From assembly GCF_009914755.1 (NCBI RefSeq), contig NC_060926.1: 64,000 nucleotides of DNA. One strand, written 5' to 3'. The translations under genes and the position numbers were made by a program. Each line of letters starts with the position of its first letter. Position 1 is the stretch's first letter. The notes under the pieces were generated by a model. The model searched no databases and had not been told where the DNA came from. It saw only the letters and a list, made by a program, of their open reading frames with translations. The stretch is from the human T2T-CHM13v2.0 reference genome, Homo sapiens. Positions 60,540 to 64,000 of the stretch are shown here, one piece after another.

Positions 60540-61098
60540 TGTGACAGGCAGAATACTAAAAGTGCACTTCCCATCCAGTTCAATATCCCATGCCTTAATA
60601 TCTAGAACCTATGACTATGATGATATATTGCTCTCATGATTATCGTATATGGAACAGTTGACTTTAAAATAGCCAGATTGTCTGGGTGGATTAATTTAAT
60701 CACATGAGCCCTAAGAGCAGAATGCCTTCTCTAGCTGGGAGCAGAAAATTAATCAGAGATTTAAAGCATGAGGGAGATTCTACCCACCGTTGGTGGTTTT
60801 GAAGCTGGTGGGAGACACATGCTAAGAAATGCAGGTAGACTGCAGAAGCTATGGACAGCCCCCAGATGAAAGCAAGCAAGGAAATGGAGAGTTCAGTCCT
60901 ACAGAGGCAGGAAACTGAATTCAGCACACAATCCAATGAGTTTGAAGGCAGATTACTCAACAAAATCTCCAGATAATAGCCCAGTCCCATCAATACCTCG
61001 ATTTTGTCTTTGTAGGACACCAGTCAAGCCTACCTAGTTTTCAGACCTGCAGAAACTATGTGTTATTTTAAGCCCTTGATTGTAGCAACTTGTCACTC
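60540..61098 (+). mobile_element. MLT1(D/E-like) MaLR LTR
   Basis: tgtgacaggcagaat...gcaagcaaggaaatggagagttcagtcctaca...aattaataca. Confidence 0.8.
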
Positions 61099-61189
61099 AG
61101 CAGTAGACAATTAATACATAGAGTGCTAGCTGTAGGGAGACTCAGGATTCCACTAAAATCTAACTTCATGTGAGAAATCTTCACGTGAG

Positions 61190-61287
61190 ATTTATGTCTG
61201 ATATTTTCACTGCTGTATCTCAAGCACCTGTAACAATAACAAGCATTTAGTAGATACTCAATTAATTTTTATTTGATGAATAAATAA
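61190..61287 (+). mobile_element. L2 3' end
   Basis: ttcactgctgtatctcaagcacctg...agtagatactcaatt...tgaataaat. Confidence 0.7.
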
Positions 61288-63386
61288 ACCAAGAAAGAAT
61301 TATTATTTGATCAATGTGTATGTTGAAGGAAGAGAGTTAGTAGAGACAAGAGGGGACCATAAGAAAAAAAGTGATAATTAATGTCCAAAAACCTAGACAC
61401 AGGACAGGATGACATCCAAAGAAAAAGATAATAAATGTATAATTGACATGCTGTATGATTGTCATTGGGGAAAGCAGAGAAGAATGTGTGTTGTTTCAGA
61501 TTGTGGTTTGCACATTCAGAATAAGGAATTAAAGAGATCTTAGTGGTGACACTATATTCTATATGAAATTGTATGGTATACAATTATCTGATAATTAAAG
61601 TTGGAGAAAGCAATTTGCTGGGCTTCTTAAGAGTCATAAAAAAATTTTTGAATAAAGTATCATATACCATGGTTTCATATTTTAAGTTATTACAATTCTT
61701 GGTAAAGAAATTGTCCACAGAAAAGCTAAGGAAAGGGGTGATTAATATGTCTTCAGAACTGAGACATTAAAAGAAATGTGCAATTAAGTTCTTAGGTACT
61801 AGACTGAATTGCCCAGAATGGTAGCAGCAATTAGTGTGGAATGAAGACAGAATGAGGAACTTCATAAATGCAAGCTCATATACTTTATGAACAAAAGACC
61901 AGAAATTGTTAGATAATGGATGGACTAAAAGAGGATGCAGAAAATTGTGTTTGGATGCCTTTGGCTCCTAAAGGAGAAGAGTTTAGCCCTTTTCATTTAT
62001 GTGAAAAGGAAACGACTGGAAGTCTTAGTGAGGTACAAAGAGGTTATGAATACTACCTATAGAGACAAGATGCTATGGAAAATCAAAGACTTTCTTTCCT
62101 TGAAAGGGCAAAGGCAGAAAGAACTTATGAAGGAAAGCTGAAAGGGAGATAATAGGATCAGAGAGATGAGAAAGGACTGTAGTTCTTAACTTAGTGTGCC
62201 GCGTTTTTATCTATTATACCCTTAAAGATGAAATGTTAACAAAAAGAATTACATGTTGAATGGCCATTTGCCACCCATCTGTCTTAATAAAATGAAATCA
62301 AAGAAAATAATTTTTTTGCCTCTTAAAGCAACTATGTTAATGTTAATCAAGCACGATGAAATCATCGATATTTTGAACTATATGAAATTTTTAGATATCA
62401 TTTCATATGGAAACATTAAAAATCCCAAGCTGTTGAAATTATGTCAGTTTTAAATGCCAAAATATAAGTTGTTAATAGAATTTTAACAGACTGCCCTATG
62501 AGCTTTCAAACTTGGAATAAGAAGTCTGGAATCTTATTTGATATAAAGCTAAATTGAATAACATATAAAATTCTGTATTATTTCAAATTCTAAGAAATGA
62601 GGATGAAGTATAATATTAATCTTAAACATACTCTTAAATAAGTTCATTTTCTTTAACTATAGGAGAAAGTGTTAAAGATTCAAATTGAGTTTAAGAACCA
62701 TAACTAGTTTTGAAAAGTTCTCTCTTTAACTTTATAAATGCATATTCTCTCACCTCCAGATTGTACTTTATAAAAATCATTAAATTGGAATCTTTCATTT
62801 TAGGAAAAAATGGCAGACTTGAATAGAAATGAAACTTGGAACTCTTACAGAACTTCTATTTTACAAAAATATAAAGATTTTAGCCAAGAATTTTTATTAT
62901 CCTATTATCAAAGCCGACTGCCAATTTTCCCATCGTACATCTTGAAAAACTTTATGTGCTTGCTCTTTCCTTGATAACATGAACATTGTTATAGAGTGCA
63001 GTATGTAGAAGTAAACTGTTGTTGTAATTTTTGAAAACATTATTTCCAGTGCCCTCTAAAAAAAAGAAATAGGCATTGGTAGACTTACTTATAAGTTACA
63101 TCATAAGATAAAACACCAAACATACCTGATCAATAATAAAATTAATGTAATAAAAATTTATCTTGAAAATAGCCTTCTGAGTGTTTAATACCACAAATAT
63201 TTTCAGAAACACAACCAAAACATTTCAAATAGCAAAGAGTTGTTAAGAAGCTCGTATATCAGAATCAAAATAAAAGACAGAGCTAATGGTGCACAGATTG
63301 GTACAATGTCATTTGGTTTTAAATTATATCCAGTTGGTAATCTCTAAAGCAGCATTTGCAGATATTCTACTAAAAATGTAAGTGTA

Positions 63387-63689
63387 GGCCGGGCGCGGTG
63401 GCTCATGCCTGTAATCCCAGCACTTTGGGAGGCCAAGGCGAACGGATCACGAGGTCAGGAGATCGAGACCATCCTGGCATGGTGAAACCCTGTCTCTACT
63501 TAAAAAAATACAAAAAATTAGCCGGGCGTGGTGCCAGGCGCCTGTAGTCCCAGCTACTCAGGAGGCTGAGGCAGGAGAATGGCGTGAACCCAGGAGGCGG
63601 AGCTTGCAGTGAGCCAAGATGGAGCCACTGCACTCCACCCTGGGCGACAGAGCAAGACTCCGTCTCAAAAAAAAAAAAAAAAAAAAAAA
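63387..63689 (+). mobile_element. Full-length AluY
   Basis: ggatcacgaggtcaggagatcgagaccatcctgg; long A tail; TSD aaaaaKgtaagtgYa. Confidence 0.96.
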
Positions 63690-63709
63690 GGTAAGTGCAT
63701 ACAATACAG

Positions 63710-64000
63710 TTATTCATTAATACAATTTTATTGAAAACTTACAGTATGTCAGACACTGTGTTAGATGCTGGACAATCAATGTTGTGCACAATAGGTCAAG
63801 CCTCTCCTTAAGAAGTTAACACATTCCTGGGATTCCAGGCAAAAAGAGAAGTATAATACAATATGAAACATGGTGTAAATAAAGTGAGTAATATTGCACT
63901 AAAGTAGCGTACCAGATTTAGAGGTAAAGAATGTATCTTTGAGAAACAGTTAAGTAGATATCTCTGAGACATGAAGAAGGAATAGAGAAGTCAGGAGTGA
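63710..64000 (-). mobile_element. L2 3' region
   Basis: ttcatt...tttattgaaaacttacagtatgtcagacactgtgttagatgctgg. Confidence 0.7.

Overview
AT-rich primate (human/great-ape-like) non-coding DNA made almost entirely of interspersed repeats: L1 of many ages, Alu, MaLR/ERV LTRs, Tigger/MER DNA transposons, MIR and L2. I find no supportable protein-coding gene, tRNA/rRNA or CRISPR array; the ORF track reflects decayed L1 ORF1/ORF2, Alu, microsatellite and chance ORFs. I see no evidence of a new multi-gene system. The most unusual structures are: (1) a snaR/ASR-like 7SL-derived mini-element fused head-to-head to a truncated L1PA; (2) a ~356-bp, ~96% identical local inverted duplication (Alu arm plus flank) about 1 kb from its source; (3) a 5'-intact, 3'-truncated, tail-less L1 with a perfect 18-bp TSD; (4) a CpG-intact, very young truncated AluY; (5) several nested insertions with intact TSDs, including a HERV-W LTR17 solo LTR. 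Subfamily names come from my recall of consensus sequences, and boundaries of old elements are approximate.
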